A stretch of 64,000 nucleotides of DNA from Mantamonas sphyraenae STR306 (Eukaryota; Protista; CRuMs): positions 44,276 to 108,275 of the forward strand of contig JAPMXV010000077.1 in assembly GCA_026936335.1 (NCBI GenBank), read 5' to 3'. Positions 46,280 through 59,003 of the stretch are shown here, piece by piece. Position numbers and translations under genes: made by a program. Every line of letters begins with the position of its first letter. The first letter of the stretch is position 1. Under the pieces are notes generated by a model, which made no database searches, was not told the DNA's origin, and worked only from the letters and a program-made list of their open reading frames with translations.

Positions 46280-49200
46280 ATGAGCAGCTCCAAGGATCAT
46301 CCAAATCGCCCGGCCGTGGCCCGGAAGCAACCTCGCCGCACCTGGGCATCCTGTAGGTTGCCTCCACGCATCACACTCCCATCCATATCTCTGTACAGCC
46401 CATTGGCCACCCATCTGTCTGTCCCCTGTGTCTCTTCCATGCTTGTGTCTGCCTGTGGGAGGGCGAGAAGCCGGCTGGCCGGGGGTCGACGGTTTTGTGG
46501 GGCGAATCCCGCTTTCGCCAAAGAGCGGCTTTTGTCTTTCCTCCCCTCCCCTGCACTCCCTCTGTGTCATCCACACGTGATTCCCACCCCAACTGCACCG
46601 GGAGCAGTGCACCTGTGTTTCCATGCATTTGGCCATGTGACTCCCCATGCGCCCATCCCCACCCCCTTTCCCCACACTTTTTGGCACCATGCCCACCACC
46701 CCGTTCATCGCCGCCCCACGGACGCCTGTGCTGTCCCCACGCCCCCATCCATTCCCACCGGCGTCGCCCAGGTGTCCTCCACCCGTTCCCAATCCCCATT
46801 GTGTCTCCTCTGGAACAGGGCCACGCCTGTGGGAGGGGGAAACCCCACAAACGCGCCGGCCTCGGATGTTTTCCGCCCCCGTCCTCCCCCTGCCTGCCTG
46901 CCTCCTCCCTTCCCCTTCCCCACCACCGGCCCCATGCACGCCTTTCTCTGCCCTCCTCCGTGTCCCCCACCACCCACCATCTCTAACGCCACTCCCTTCC
47001 CCCCCCCTTTATGTCACTGCAGATGTGGGGCCGAGTGACACCTCACTCCAGTGGCGTCATCAGCCCCAGAAGACGTCGTGGAAGGGGGAGTCGACAGTGG
47101 AGCGGAAGCAGAGTGTGTCTGTGGAAGACACTGTGAAGAGCAAGGTGGGCAATCTGAAGGGCAGATTCGAGACATCGGCAAGCCCGTCTCAGCAGTGGCG
47201 TCATCAGCCCCAGCAGACGTCGTGGAAGGGAGAGTCGACAGTGGAGCGGAAGCAGAGTGTGTCTGTGGAAGACACTGTGAAGAGCAAGGTGGGCAATCTG
47301 AAGGGCAGATTCGAGACATCGGCAAGCCCGTCTCAGCAGTGGCGTCATCAGCCCCAGCAGACGTCGTGGAAGGGGGAGTCGACAGTGGAGCGGAAGCAGA
47401 GTGTGTCTGTGGAAGACACTGTGAAGAGCAAGGTGGGCAATCTGAAGGGCAGATTCGAGACATCGGCAAGCCCGTCTCAGCAGTGGCGTCATCAGCCCCA
47501 GCAGACGTCGTGGAAGGGAGAGTCGACAGTGGAGCGGAAGCAGAGTGTGTCTGTGGAAGACACTGTGAAGAGCAAGGTGGGCAATCTGAAGGGCAGATTC
47601 GAGACATCGGCAAGCCCGTCTCAGCAGTGGCGTCATCAGCCCCAGCAGACGTCGTGGAAGGGGGAGTCGACAGTGGAGCGGAAGCAGAGTGTGTCTGTGG
47701 AAGACACTGTGAAGAGCAAGGTGGGCAATCTGAAGAGCAGATTCGAGACATCGGCAAGCCCGTCTCAGCAGTGGCGTCATCAGCCCCAGCAGACGTCGTG
47801 GAAGGGGGAGTCGACAGTGGAGCGGAAGCAGAGTGTGTCTGTGGAAGACACTGTGAAGAGCAAGGTGGGCAATCTGAAGAGCAGATTCGAGACATCGGCA
47901 AGCCCGTCTCAGCAGTGGCGTCATCAGCCCCAGCAGACGTCGTGGAAGGGGGAGTCGACAGTGGAGCGGAAGCAGAGTGTGTCTGTGGAAGACACTGTGA
48001 AGAGCAAGGTGGGCAATCTGAAGAGCAGATTCGAGACATCGGCAAGCCCGTCTCAGCAGTGGCGTCATCAGCCCCAGCAGACGTCGTGGAAGGGGGAGTC
48101 GACAGTGGAGCGGAAGCAGAGTGTGTCTGTGGAAGACACTGTGAAGAGCAAGGTGGGCAATCTGAAGAGCAGATTCGAGACATCGGCAAGCCCGTCTCAG
48201 CAGTGGCGTCATCAGCCCCAGCAGACGTCGTGGAAGGGGGAGTCGACAGTGGAGCGGAAGCAGAGTGTGTCTGTGGAAGACACTGTGAAGAGCAAGGTGG
48301 GCAATCTGAAGAGCAGATTCGAGACATCGGCAAGCCCGTCTCAGCAGTGGCGTCATCAGCCCCAGCAGACGTCGTGGAAGGGGGAGTCGACAGTGGAGCG
48401 GAAGCAGAGTGTGTCTGTGGAAGACACTGTGAAGAGCAAGGTGGGCAATCTGAAGAGCAGATTCGAGACATCGGCAAGCCCGTCTCAGCAGTGGCGTCAT
48501 CAGCCCCAGCAGACGTCGTGGAAGGGGGAGTCGACAGTGGAGCGGAAGCAGCAGAGTGTGTCTGTGGAAGACACTGTGAAGAGCAAGGTGGGCAATCTGA
48601 AGAGCAGATTCGAGACATCGGCAAGCCCGTCTCAGCAGTGGCGTCATCAGCCCCAGCAGACGTCGTGGAAGGGGGAGTCGACAGTGGAGCGGAAGCAGAG
48701 TGTGTCTGTGGAAGACACTGTGGAGAGCAAGGTGGGCAATCTGAAGGGCAGATTCGAGACATCGGCAAGCCCGTCTCAGCAGTGGCGTCATCAGCCCCAG
48801 CAGACGTCGTGGAAGGGGGAGTCGACAGTGGAGCGGAAGCAGAGTGTGTCTGTGGAAGACACTGTGAAGAGCAAGGTGGGCAATCTGAAGGGCAGATTCG
48901 AGACATCGGCAAGCCCGTCTCAGCAGTGGCGTCATCAGCCCCAGCAGACGTCGTGGAAGGGGGAGTCGACAGTGGAGCGGAAGCAGAGTGTGTCTGTGGA
49001 AGACACTGTGGAGAGCAAGGTGGGCAATCTGAAGGGCAGATTCGAGACATCGGCAAGCCCGTCTCAGCAGTGGCGTCATCAGCCCCAGCAGACGTCGTGG
49101 AAGGGGGAGTCGACAGTGGAGCGGAAGCAGAGTGTGTCTGTGGAAGACACTGTGAAGAGCAAGGTGGGCAATCTGAAGGGCAGATTCGAGACATCGGCAA

Positions 49201-51683
49201 GCCCGTCTCAGCAGTGGCGTCATCAGCCCCAGCAGACGTCGTGGAAGGGGGAGTCGACAGTGGAGCGGAAGCAGAGTGTGTCTGTGGAAGACACTGTGAA
49301 GAGCAAGGTGGGCAATCTGAAGGGCAGATTCGAGACATCGGCAAGCCCGTCTCAGCAGTGGCGTCATCAGCCCCAGCAGACGTCGTGGAAGGGGGAGTCG
49401 ACAGTGGAGCGGAAGCAGAGTGTGTCTGTGGAAGACACTGTGAAGAGCAAGGTGGGCAATCTGAAGAGCAGATTCGAGACATCGGCAAGCCCGTCTCAGC
49501 AGTGGCGTCATCAGCCCCAGCAGACGTCGTGGAAGGGGGAGTCGACAGTGGAGCGGAAGCAGAGTGTGTCTGTGGAAGACACTGTGAAGAGCAAGGTGGG
49601 CAATCTGAAGGGCAGATTCGAGACATCGGCAAGCCCGTCTCAGCAGTGGCGTCATCAGCCCCAGCAGACGTCGTGGAAGGGGGAGTCGACAGTGGAGCGG
49701 AAGCAGAGTGTGTCTGTGGAAGACACTGTGAAGAGCAAGGTGGGCAATCTGAAGGGCAGATTCGAGACATCGGCAAGCCCGTCTCAGCAGTGGCGTCATC
49801 AGCCCCAGCAGACGTCGTGGAAGGGGGAGTCGACAGTGGAGCGGAAGCAGAGTGTGTCTGTGGAAGACACTGTGAAGAGCAAGGTGGGCAATCTGAAGAG
49901 CAGATTCGAGACATCGGCAAGCCCGTCTCAGCAGTGGCGTCATCAGCCCCAGCAGACGTCGTGGAAGGGGGAGTCGACAGTGGAGCGGAAGCAGAGTGTG
50001 TCTGTGGAAGACACTGTGAAGAGCAAGGTGGGCAATCTGAAGAGCAGATTCGAGACATCGGCAAGCCCGTCTCAGCAGTGGCGTCATCAGCCCCAGCAGA
50101 CGTCGTGGAAGGGGGAGTCGACAGTGGAGCGGAAGCAGAGTGTGTCTGTGGAAGACACTGTGAAGAGCAAGGTGGGCAATCTGAAGAGCAGATTCGAGAC
50201 ATCGGCAAGCCCGTCTCAGCAGTGGCGTCATCAGCCCCAGCAGACGTCGTGGAAGGGGGAGTCGACAGTGGAGCGGAAGCAGAGTGTGTCTGTGGAAGAC
50301 ACTGTGAAGAGCAAGGTGGGCAATCTGAAGAGCAGATTCGAGACATCGGCAAGCCCGTCTCAGCAGTGGCGTCATCAGCCCCAGCAGACGTCGTGGAAGG
50401 GGGAGTCGACAGTGGAGCGGAAGCAGAGTGTGTCTGTGGAAGACACTGTGAAGAGCAAGGTGGGCAATCTGAAGAGCAGATTCGAGACATCGGCAAGCCC
50501 GTCTCAGCAGTGGCGTCATCAGCCCCAGCAGACGTCGTGGAAGGGAGAGTCGACAGAGGAGCGGAAGCAGAGTGTGTCTGTGGAAGACACTGTGGAGAGC
50601 AAGGTGGGCAATCTGAAGGGCAGATTCGAGACATCGGCAAGCCCGTCTCAGCAGTGGCGTCATCAGCCCCAGCAGACGTCGTGGAAGGGAGAGTCGACAG
50701 AGGAGCGGAAGCAGAGTGTGTCTGTGGAAGACACTGTGGAGAGCAAGGTGGGCAATCTGAAGGGCGAACGTCGTGTCTGGTGGGCTCCATCCAGTTTTGA
50801 CAGTTACCACAGTCCGCCACCACCACCCCCGATGGATAATGACCAATTTCGTAAATGGAGTGAGAAGGAGAACACTGCTGAGAAACGTGCGAAGAAGAAG
50901 GCGCAACGGGAGAATTCATCTCAACAGCTGTGTCACAAGGTTACCAACAAGGACCTCGGGAATGCGTGTAACAGCACCAACAACCAACGAACCAAGGCCG
51001 AACTGGCCAAGTTTGGATACTCCAACGCCAACATCATCAACTCAGAGCACAACAAGAAACACACTGCTATGGAGAAGCTTCTCGACAACGGGAAAATCAG
51101 TGGGTCTTACACGGGCAAGGATGGATCAAAGAAGAAGGTGTATGCATCAGAGGCCATGAAAGAGAAAGGCGCTCAGTATGTGAACGCCCTGGGTAAGATG
51201 GCAAAGGGAGTCTCGGATGGAACGTACTCAGCGGAAACTGAGGCACATCTTCTCAACCACATCGGGAAAACTTCCGATCTAAAAGCGAACATTGTTGCAG
51301 ATTTGGACATGCGCACTCACAACTCGCCAGAGGCCAAGGTCGAGATCCGCAAGGCCAGATTGAACAAGCAGTACCGGGACCAGGGGTTAGAAGTCGGCAA
51401 CGACTACGATTACGATGCATGGGACGGCACAAACGCGGTGCAGTACACCACTCGCACCCAAGCCTACGACGCTTACTTTGAAGGGCAGGACTATTCGCAT
51501 GTGGCACACACAACAAAGTCTGGACGCCCCGACATGAGATTCACAGAAAACAAGCTCGCGTATGGAGATCAGATTGACGACTGGTACGTTCCCCGAGCGG
51601 TTTTGAAGGTGGGTACGACCCGTACGACGTCGGGGGTTTGGAAATTTTACTGTGGTTTTGACGTATTGGAACGAAGAGTGTGA
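46280..51683 (+). CDS. Protein with ~26 x 48-aa tandem repeats and an unrelated ~285-aa C-terminal domain; probable exon 1 at 46280-46352, intron to 47022
   Basis: A CTCTAAC branch site, pyrimidine tract and CTGCAG acceptor end at 47022, matching the phase of a GTAGGT donor at 46353. Exon 1 contains RKQPRRTW, which echoes the repeat RHQPQQTSW. The only indel I see in the array is 3 nt. Confidence 0.55.
47049..50765 (+). repeat. 144-bp tandem repeat, ~26 near-identical units
   Basis: Unit translation QWRHQPQQTSWKGESTVERKQSVSVEDTVKSKVGNLK(G/S)RFETSASPSQ. Confidence 0.95.
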
Positions 51684-53178
51684 ATGGACGAAGTAAACGA
51701 TGTTTTCATTAGAGTTCAACTTCAGCCAGAACAGGAGGTTCTGGAGGTTCACACTGACGCCGCTCTGCCCTTTGCTGGGCTTCTTTGGGGCAGCCAACAC
51801 ATCCAACTCCTCCGTCTGGGCGAAAAGCTCAAAGTCCAGCCGCCGCAGCCGCAATCCTCCACGCCTGCTCGACTCGTTGCTTCCCGTGCTCCCGTGAGGT
51901 TCTTCACCACTCTCCGGTGGCCCCTTGTGGCTCATGGTGTCGCCGTCTGGCGCTGTGCGTGCTTGCTTTGTTCCCGAGGGCGCGTCAGGAATCCGCCTTG
52001 GAAATCAAGCAAACCGCCTCCCCCTCGCCCTGCTGCGACGCACACGTCCCTGATCTCCATGGAACCAGCACACGTCACAGACCCGTCACAACATCTTTCT
52101 CTTTCCCATCCCCCACCCCATTCCACCATGCCTGGTCCCTGCCCTTGTGTGCTCCCACTCCATCCTCACTATCACGATGTTGCCCTCCAAATGCCCATGT
52201 CCCACCCTTGGATTCAACCACCTCCGTGTCTTCTCATCCACACATGTTCCCTTTGCCCATTTTGCCCATATGGAGCCTGTCTTATACCCCCCCCCCCCCC
52301 CCCCTGTGTTCAGAAAGTGTTTTGCCAGGCCTGCCCTTTGCCTTTGCCTTTCTCCTTTGGCATCCCCACAAGGCATTCCCATGCCTCCCGCGTCGGCGTG
52401 TCCATCCCCGCCCCATCAGCCAGCAACCCAAACTCAAAGCCACACTGGTTCCTGCGCCGGTGGCAAACCTGTCCCCTCTGCTCCGTGCTCTTGGGGCCTT
52501 TGTCTCCCTTGGGCTCTCTCTTTCCGTACATGGCTGCCATGCCGCCTGATGCTGCATGCAACCATGTCCACACATGCATTTCTATGCTGCTGTCCCAGCC
52601 CACAATGTGTGTGTTGCACCAGCTGGCATCTGGGTCGGGTTGTGAGTATGCGTGGCTGCGTCGCCGCTTCTCCTCCTCCCTCGGCTGTGCATCCATTGTT
52701 CACCCGCTGGCGTGAGTTCGCTCGGTGGCATTGTCCTCCCATGCACCCCATCCATGACATGCCTGGGGGGAATCCATTCCCACTCGTGGCAGAGGCACCG
52801 CATGGAAGAACGGGCCCCCACCAATCGGAGCAAAAAGTCACTGAGCCTTCCAATCGCCCTCCAGCCACACACAGAGGCAGCAACCAACCACACGCAAGTC
52901 CGATCGGGGGATTATGGCATGGAATGAACCCAACCGAGTCACCTTTCGATGCATGCATGAGCGATGCAGTGACGCCGAGAGAAGAATGACAACTCCGTTC
53001 TGAGTCGTGCTCACCCAATCCACCGCACATGCACTTCCATCCTAGTTCCACAACTCCATCTCTTCCACCGACCTCCTGCCCACTTGGATGACAGCTCTCT
53101 GCTTTGCGCTGGTGATTTTTTTCCTGCCTGGTTCCGGGATGACAATCACGCGCGCGATCCAAACCAATCCCTTCTCCA

Positions 53179-53924
53179 ATGTCCGACATCAAGCCTGGAT
53201 GGGAGCGAAAGCTCATGGTTTGCAACCCGCGTACGTCTCTGCTTCATATCCGCCTTCCTTCCTTCCCCCCCGTCCCACCTCGTCCCATCGAGTATTCGAA
53301 CCTTACACCCCAAACCGTGCCCCTCCCGTCTCACCAAACCCTCCATCGACTCCATTGTTGCCAACTCCCAACCCTTCTCCTCCAGTCGACCGGTGCTGCT
53401 GCTCTTCAGTCTACACGGCATCCATGGTGCTGCTTGTGCTCTTTTGCATTCTAAGCATCGTCGAGGCCGTCATCACGCTGCTTTCCTTCATCGCTGCTCT
53501 TATCTTTGCACCGGCGTACGCCGTCTTTCTGATCATTGCAACCATCCTTGCTGTCGTAGTCGCTGCGGTCAACGTTTACGGGTGTTGCGCGGTGCGTGAC
53601 GTGCAGGAGGTGAAGATCATCAAGTTTCTTCGTTGGTCCGTGATCCTGTACTTCACTTCGCTCGGCATCAATATTATCCGCCTCATTGTTGGTGCCGCCA
53701 CAGACCCAGGCTACGCTAGTGGCACGCAGATCAGCAACGACATCGTCAGCCTGATTATTTCGCTCATCATCTGGGCTCTGGTCTACTGGACAATGTGCTC
53801 TTTCGCTGTGGGTGTGGAAGAGGGCAAGTTTACCGCTGCCGACCCGCATGGCACCGCTGCTGCCATGAACAAAGGCCCCAGTGGTCCTCTCGGCTCCTCT
53901 GACGAGGAAGAAGCCAGCGTGTGA
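53179..53924 (+). CDS. Four-TM membrane protein (LAPTM/tetraspan-like topology); probable intron 53231-53385
   Basis: Four hydrophobic segments follow an N-terminal CCC. A phase-1 GTACGT...CTCCAG intron gives MSDIKPGWERKLMVCNPLDRCCC. Confidence 0.65.
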
Positions 53925-54036
53925 GGCGCGGAGCTGCAAAAGGAAGAAAGAAAACGAAGGTGGCGCGCATTTTTCGCTGCTTCGAGAGCCTTCCAAGGTA
54001 CCGACAAATACAAGCCGCTTCAGCGCAACCAAGACG

Positions 54037-55254
54037 ATGAAAGCATCTGTGACACTTCCGTGCCTGCTCATTCTTGTTGTCGTCTGCTTCACGCAGGCCA
54101 AGGTGGTTCTGGAAGGTCAGGAGTGGGTGGTGCGGCGTGGCGAGTTTTTGCTGGAGTCCGACGTCTCCAAAAACTCGGATGTGGACATTGCCCCCTGCCG
54201 CTTGATCGGCTGCAACACCAACTTCACCAAGCCTGCGAATCTGTACCTGACCAACCCTGCCGTGGGAAAATCGTCCTTGGCCGTCGCATGGCTGTGGAAC
54301 TCGACGGCTAGCCGCTTCGATGTATTCCGCAGGGAAGTGTTGCAGAATCCTCAACCGTTGACCAACCTGGCGATGCCATCGTGGCTACCGTCGTTCCTCA
54401 ATTCTTCCGTGGCTGAAAGCACGGGAACACTGATTGGAAGCGTCACGGCGGCAGACACAAGCTGCGATCAATGCAAGAAGCATCCAGTGGGCTTCTTTGC
54501 GGACACGAGCCTTCGCGCCAACACGATGTACGCGTACAACGTTGTCGCTCGTCCGAGCAACCTGACGTATGGCGGAGTGGTGGCAATCACCCTTTCCGAC
54601 ACGGAGTTTGAGTACCCGTACGCTCTGTACGGTGTGCTTCCTCTGTTCTTGGGGGTTGGCTTTGGCACCGTGTTGGCGATGCTCTCCACACTGTGTCACG
54701 TCAGGTGCGACGACAACAATGGCAAGAATGACAACTATGTGCGAAGGACTGTCACCAAGCGGGTGGCCGCATTCTTTGTGGTGGGCTTCATCGCCTTTTT
54801 CGTGGGCGGCTTTGTCTTTATCGACGCACGCTCCAGCAGCTACAACAGCGCGGTGCCGACGATTGCGCTGATCCAGAGCCTGGACGAGGGCCAAAGTGCA
54901 GGAGGAGGCAACCCACGCGGGCGACAGGCGGCAGACAACCAGGACGAGCAAGGACGCCAGTCGTCTGTGGTGTCGGTGGTGCAGGGCGGTTGGGAGGCGT
55001 TTGCAAAGACGGACAACAGCACGTCGCAGGTGCGAGACATCGAAGCATTGGTCAAGCTCACCTTCCCTGCGCAGCTCATCATGTACGATCAGGTGGAGGA
55101 CAACCTATACACCGCCACGCCGCAAATCCAAGAGGCATCCACGGCGACCTTGTTCTCGTTCGCAGGCACGTTTCTGGGCGTTGCGGCGGGCCTGGGCCTC
55201 TCCATGTTCTGGGCACGACAACGCAAGTATGGGCTGCGGGACTCCTTTCCGTAA
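54037..55254 (+). CDS. Signal-peptide, FN3-like, three-TM membrane protein
   Basis: Signal peptide MKASVTLPCLLILVVVCFTQA. FN3-like motif W...FDVFR...FADTSLRANTMYAYNVVA. Three hydrophobic helices follow. Confidence 0.7.
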   Translation: MKASVTLPCLLILVVVCFTQAKVVLEGQEWVVRRGEFLLESDVSKNSDVDIAPCRLIGCNTNFTKPANLYLTNPAVGKSSLAVAWLWNSTASRFDVFRREVLQNPQPLTNLAMPSWLPSFLNSSVAESTGTLIGSVTAADTSCDQCKKHPVGFFADTSLRANTMYAYNVVARPSNLTYGGVVAITLSDTEFEYPYALYGVLPLFLGVGFGTVLAMLSTLCHVRCDDNNGKNDNYVRRTVTKRVAAFFVVGFIAFFVGGFVFIDARSSSYNSAVPTIALIQSLDEGQSAGGGNPRGRQAADNQDEQGRQSSVVSVVQGGWEAFAKTDNSTSQVRDIEALVKLTFPAQLIMYDQVEDNLYTATPQIQEASTATLFSFAGTFLGVAAGLGLSMFWARQRKYGLRDSFP

Positions 55255-55352
55255 AAACCACCTCGGACCCGAATACACACTGCGCGCGCGCGGCCTCCTC
55301 CTGTCCCTACTGTCCCTACTCGTTGGGTTGTTGCTCCATGGCGCAACCTCCC

Positions 55353-55391
<39 letters not shown>

Positions 55392-55483
55392 CCGTCTTTT
55401 GCTGGTCTGGACTCGGGACAGCAGTAGTCAGTCACATGGGGTTGTGGACACAGTGCCACTTTTGTATTGTTGGTGAACTCGTT

Positions 55484-56431
55484 TTACAGCAGGCTGGCAG
55501 GGATCTTGAGTTCTTGAACCTTCTTGGACCACTTTTGCATCTCCACAAACCGCTTCGCGTACTCGGAGTCTGAGGCATTCGGTCCCAGAGTGCGCAGTGC
55601 ATGTGCTGCAGCGACAATCTGGCGGCGTGCCTCCACACGGTTTCGGGCGCCGTCGTAGAAGTTACACCATTGAACGGAACTGCGACAATGAGGCAGAGCC
55701 GCAGCGTTGAGTTGCAGCAGGACCGTGGCAGCATGTAGAAAAGCCTGCGTTTCCGCATTTTTCTTTTGGTAATGCCAGTGTTGGTTCCGGTGTCCGCACG
55801 TGTAATGGTAGTAGTTCAGCATCGCCGTGGCAAACGATTCGTAGCCGGACCAGCGAAGCCTCGCTGCCTCGCTGGCCACCTTGTTCTTGGTGGTCATGTA
55901 CAGATGCTTTTGTTGAGCAGCTGCGTGCAAGTAGTGGTTGCGTTGGTGCAAGTAGTACGCGTTGCAGCCCGTGTCGTGGTCCTTCACCTCCGGAGCACCC
56001 ACTTTGGGTGAAAACGACGCCAGGCGCCCGTTTCTTTCTGGGACGTCGCAAGGTCTCACGCCGCCGGGTCGTCAAGCTCCTCGTCCATCCCGAGCGCATC
56101 AGCGTCCAAGGACTCGTCGTCGTCCAGGTCCGAATCTGGGGAAAAGCGGGGAGAGATCGAGCGTGAATACCAAGTCAAATGGGATGGGAGTGCCCGTTGT
56201 AGGGGTACTCCCATCATAGCACGTATTCCCTGGACCATCCTTTTCCCCTGTTGCGCACGCAGTGCAACGCCCAAACTCACTCTCGTCGCCCTCCACGGTC
56301 TCACCATCGGTCAAAGCTTCAGCAGGATGCTGGACCTCGACGTACTCAACGCTGCTGGCCCGCGCGGTCACGCACGCTACCATCAGCAGCACAAGCAATG
56401 CAAACAGAGATTTCGTCATCGTCATCGTCAT
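55484..56431 (-). CDS. Probable multi-exon secreted protein; exon structure unresolved
   Basis: Signal peptide MTKSLFALLVLLMVACVTARA, an acceptor-like TTTTCCCCAG before an acidic segment, and a protein-like ORF at 55484-56059. Confidence 0.4.
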
Positions 56432-57549
56432 CGTCAGTGTTGTGTTTCAATGCCCAGCTCAGCGCGTCAGCACACTCCTCTGTACGTGTCAGCACCTTGG
56501 ATATGGCAGCACTGTCGTTCGTCCTCTGTTCCATGTCGGTGTGCATGGCAAATTGGATGCCCTACCCAAACAGTGACCTGAGCGCAGAAAAGCGGATGCA
56601 GGTGGTCCCGGAAGGAACACGCCCGAGGATGGGTCGCTGGGACGCAGTGTATAGCACGAGAGGTATATATCCCACACATCGGTCGTAAAAAACAGGAGAG
56701 GCGCACACACCAGCACTGTGTAAAACGACTTTTGTGTGCGATGATGGCGGTGTGACCCCTTTGCTGGCAATTCCACTCCACCTTCCCACCTCATCTAGGC
56801 TTTTGACATTGGCCCCGTTCTGTCCGTCGGACTTGCCATGACTGGTACGTGCACAGACACCTCCTTCACGTGTCTGGGATTGCCTCCTCCAAGCTCCACA
56901 CCCTGCATCGGGGAGTCCCATGAAGATTGGCGAGCGCACGACCCAAAAGACAAGCGAAACAAACGTGAAAAACTCCTGCAGATGCCCACTATGATGGGAA
57001 GCTGTTGCGCGCTGCCCACCTGTGTAGGCTGGCCTGACACCCGTGCCAGCAGTGATGACATAGAGGGCAACACATGGATCCATGTCTGCCCGCATGGTGA
57101 CTGCCAATTGTTTGGCGCGTGTGGGCTTGTAGGCGGTAGCGACAGCAAAAGGAAATTGCCCAAAGAGACCTTGACCCTGGCAGGGCAATGCCAGGGACGA
57201 TTGAGAGAGTGTGTGGGGTACCGCACCCCCCTTCCCCCGAGGGGCTGGCCACCTTGCAGAGGGGGTGAGGATAGAGCGCAGCAATGGGACATACCATATC
57301 ATCACTGCGCTGTGGTCCCATGTCACCCAAGTGCACTGTGTGGGTTGACTGGGATGCTTCGTGTCTCCCTCCACCGGCTCCGCGTGTCCCACAAAACGGA
57401 TTTCATTGCGTGCCATAAATACCCCGTGCTTCCTGTGTGCCATATCCATGCCCATGGTTCCATCCCAGGTGTATGATGATGGTGGTGACACGAGCAGGGG
57501 CAGCCAAGACAAAACCAAAACGAGAAGCACCCACCTGCAAATGCACAGG

Positions 57550-59003
57550 ATGGCACACACACACCCACTTGCCCTGTTGTCGCTGGTGGCAATCATCATC
57601 CTTTTGCCCATGGCCAGCGGGTATGGCACAGTGTCAACCATCAGCATGGTGGCCTCTGCCAACCATGCGGCAGGAGCTCCCGACGGGCCCAGCAACGGCG
57701 AGGCTGTGGTGGACCTCACCCAGCACAAGGACACGTTCCCGGAAATGTTTTCGCATGATTCGTTGCTGCGCACGGCAATCCTTGTCGACGTACGTCCCGT
57801 GCCGTTCAACGCAAGCATTGGGCAGTACGACGCCTTGCTGAGGCTGGGCGTTCCGTTTTGGCGAGAAAAAGCTGCAGGAGGAGGGAGCACGGCACTGTGC
57901 AATGCCGCCACCACCTCTGAATACGGCACTCTCACACACGTGGGCAACATCCAATACGCAAACGGGGAGAGTGGAGCGGTGTCGCCGTGTGTGGGCAACA
58001 ACAGCGTGCTGCCCACGGAACTGGTGGTGCCCATTTGGTTCAAGTTGAAGGACACCCCTGCGGGCACGGTGGTGCATGGGTTCCAGCTGAACATGACCAC
58101 CATGCCCACACAGCAAGTGACCGTCGATGGGCCCCCACTCATCACCGACCTGCCCTGGAACGACAACGACAACGACAACGATGACGATGACGAGGGTGGT
58201 GGCCCCACCACCACCATCTCCCCCCGGGTGCTGCTTGCTCCACGCGTGCTCTTTGCACAGCTTCACACACCCAAAGTGCCCACTGCATTTGACATTGCCA
58301 TTGCCGGCCAAGACGGTGCCAAACACTTTGTGAAACAGGTCACGGCAGCCGTGTTTGCCGACGTGTCGAACACAGGCACCACGTACGGGGTGTCCACGGG
58401 AAAGGTGCTGGCCATCACGGCTCCATTTGGACCCGTGGTATCCAGCAACGACACCCTGGGTCCCTTTTTGTCTCATGTGGCCGCGGAGGTTGGACAGCCT
58501 GCGTATGTGCAGCTGATGTTGGAGTCGGGCACACCGTGGTCTGTGGACGGGTACAGCAGGGCGATTGCCGTGACGCTGGTGTCCAGGCAGGTGGGACGGT
58601 GTTTCAAGGGATGCAACGACATCGCTGGGGCTCGGTGTGACATGTACGCAGGTGGTGTGTGCAACTGTGGTCCCACAATGCAGTGGGATGTGGCAGAGAA
58701 CGGCGACCGTGTGTGTGTGAAGCTGCCGAAGCTGGCTTTCAATGTGGCTGTACGCCCGTGTATCACCAAGCTGTGCAGATGTTGGCTGACCGATGGGAGC
58801 AGCTGGTGGCTGCAGGCGACGCCATTGATCTCGGGTACATGAACGCCGGTGTGTTTTGTACCTTGGTCAGCCAAGCAGTCGCACAGAACGACCAACGCCT
58901 GGACGAGGGTCTGAGTGAGGTGGTGGGACGCTACCTGCGCACAGACAACATCATTGAACTCTGCGACGACGACGACGTCGGCGAGTACCTCTGCAGGATT
59001 TGA
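57550..59003 (+). CDS. Secreted protein with an EGF-like Cys motif; intron 58750-58802
   Basis: Signal peptide LALLSLVAIIILLPMASG. Cys motif CFKGC....ARC....GVCNC.....W.....VC. A phase-0 GTACGC..GCTGAC..GAGCAG intron joins ORF 57361-58842 to ORF 58659-59003. Confidence 0.65.

Noticed and set aside
47049-50765. CRISPR-like or cassette array
   Set aside because: The units are contiguous and near-identical with no unique spacers, there are no cas genes, and the context is eukaryotic.
37346-50919. Long antisense and alternative-frame ORFs over the TPR and 144-bp arrays
   Set aside because: These are expected shadows of stop-free tandem repeats in GC-rich DNA and have no independent domain signal.
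51684-53100. Several 250-340-aa ORFs
   Set aside because: They are Pro/Cys/His-rich translations of C-rich DNA, with no domain or paralog support.
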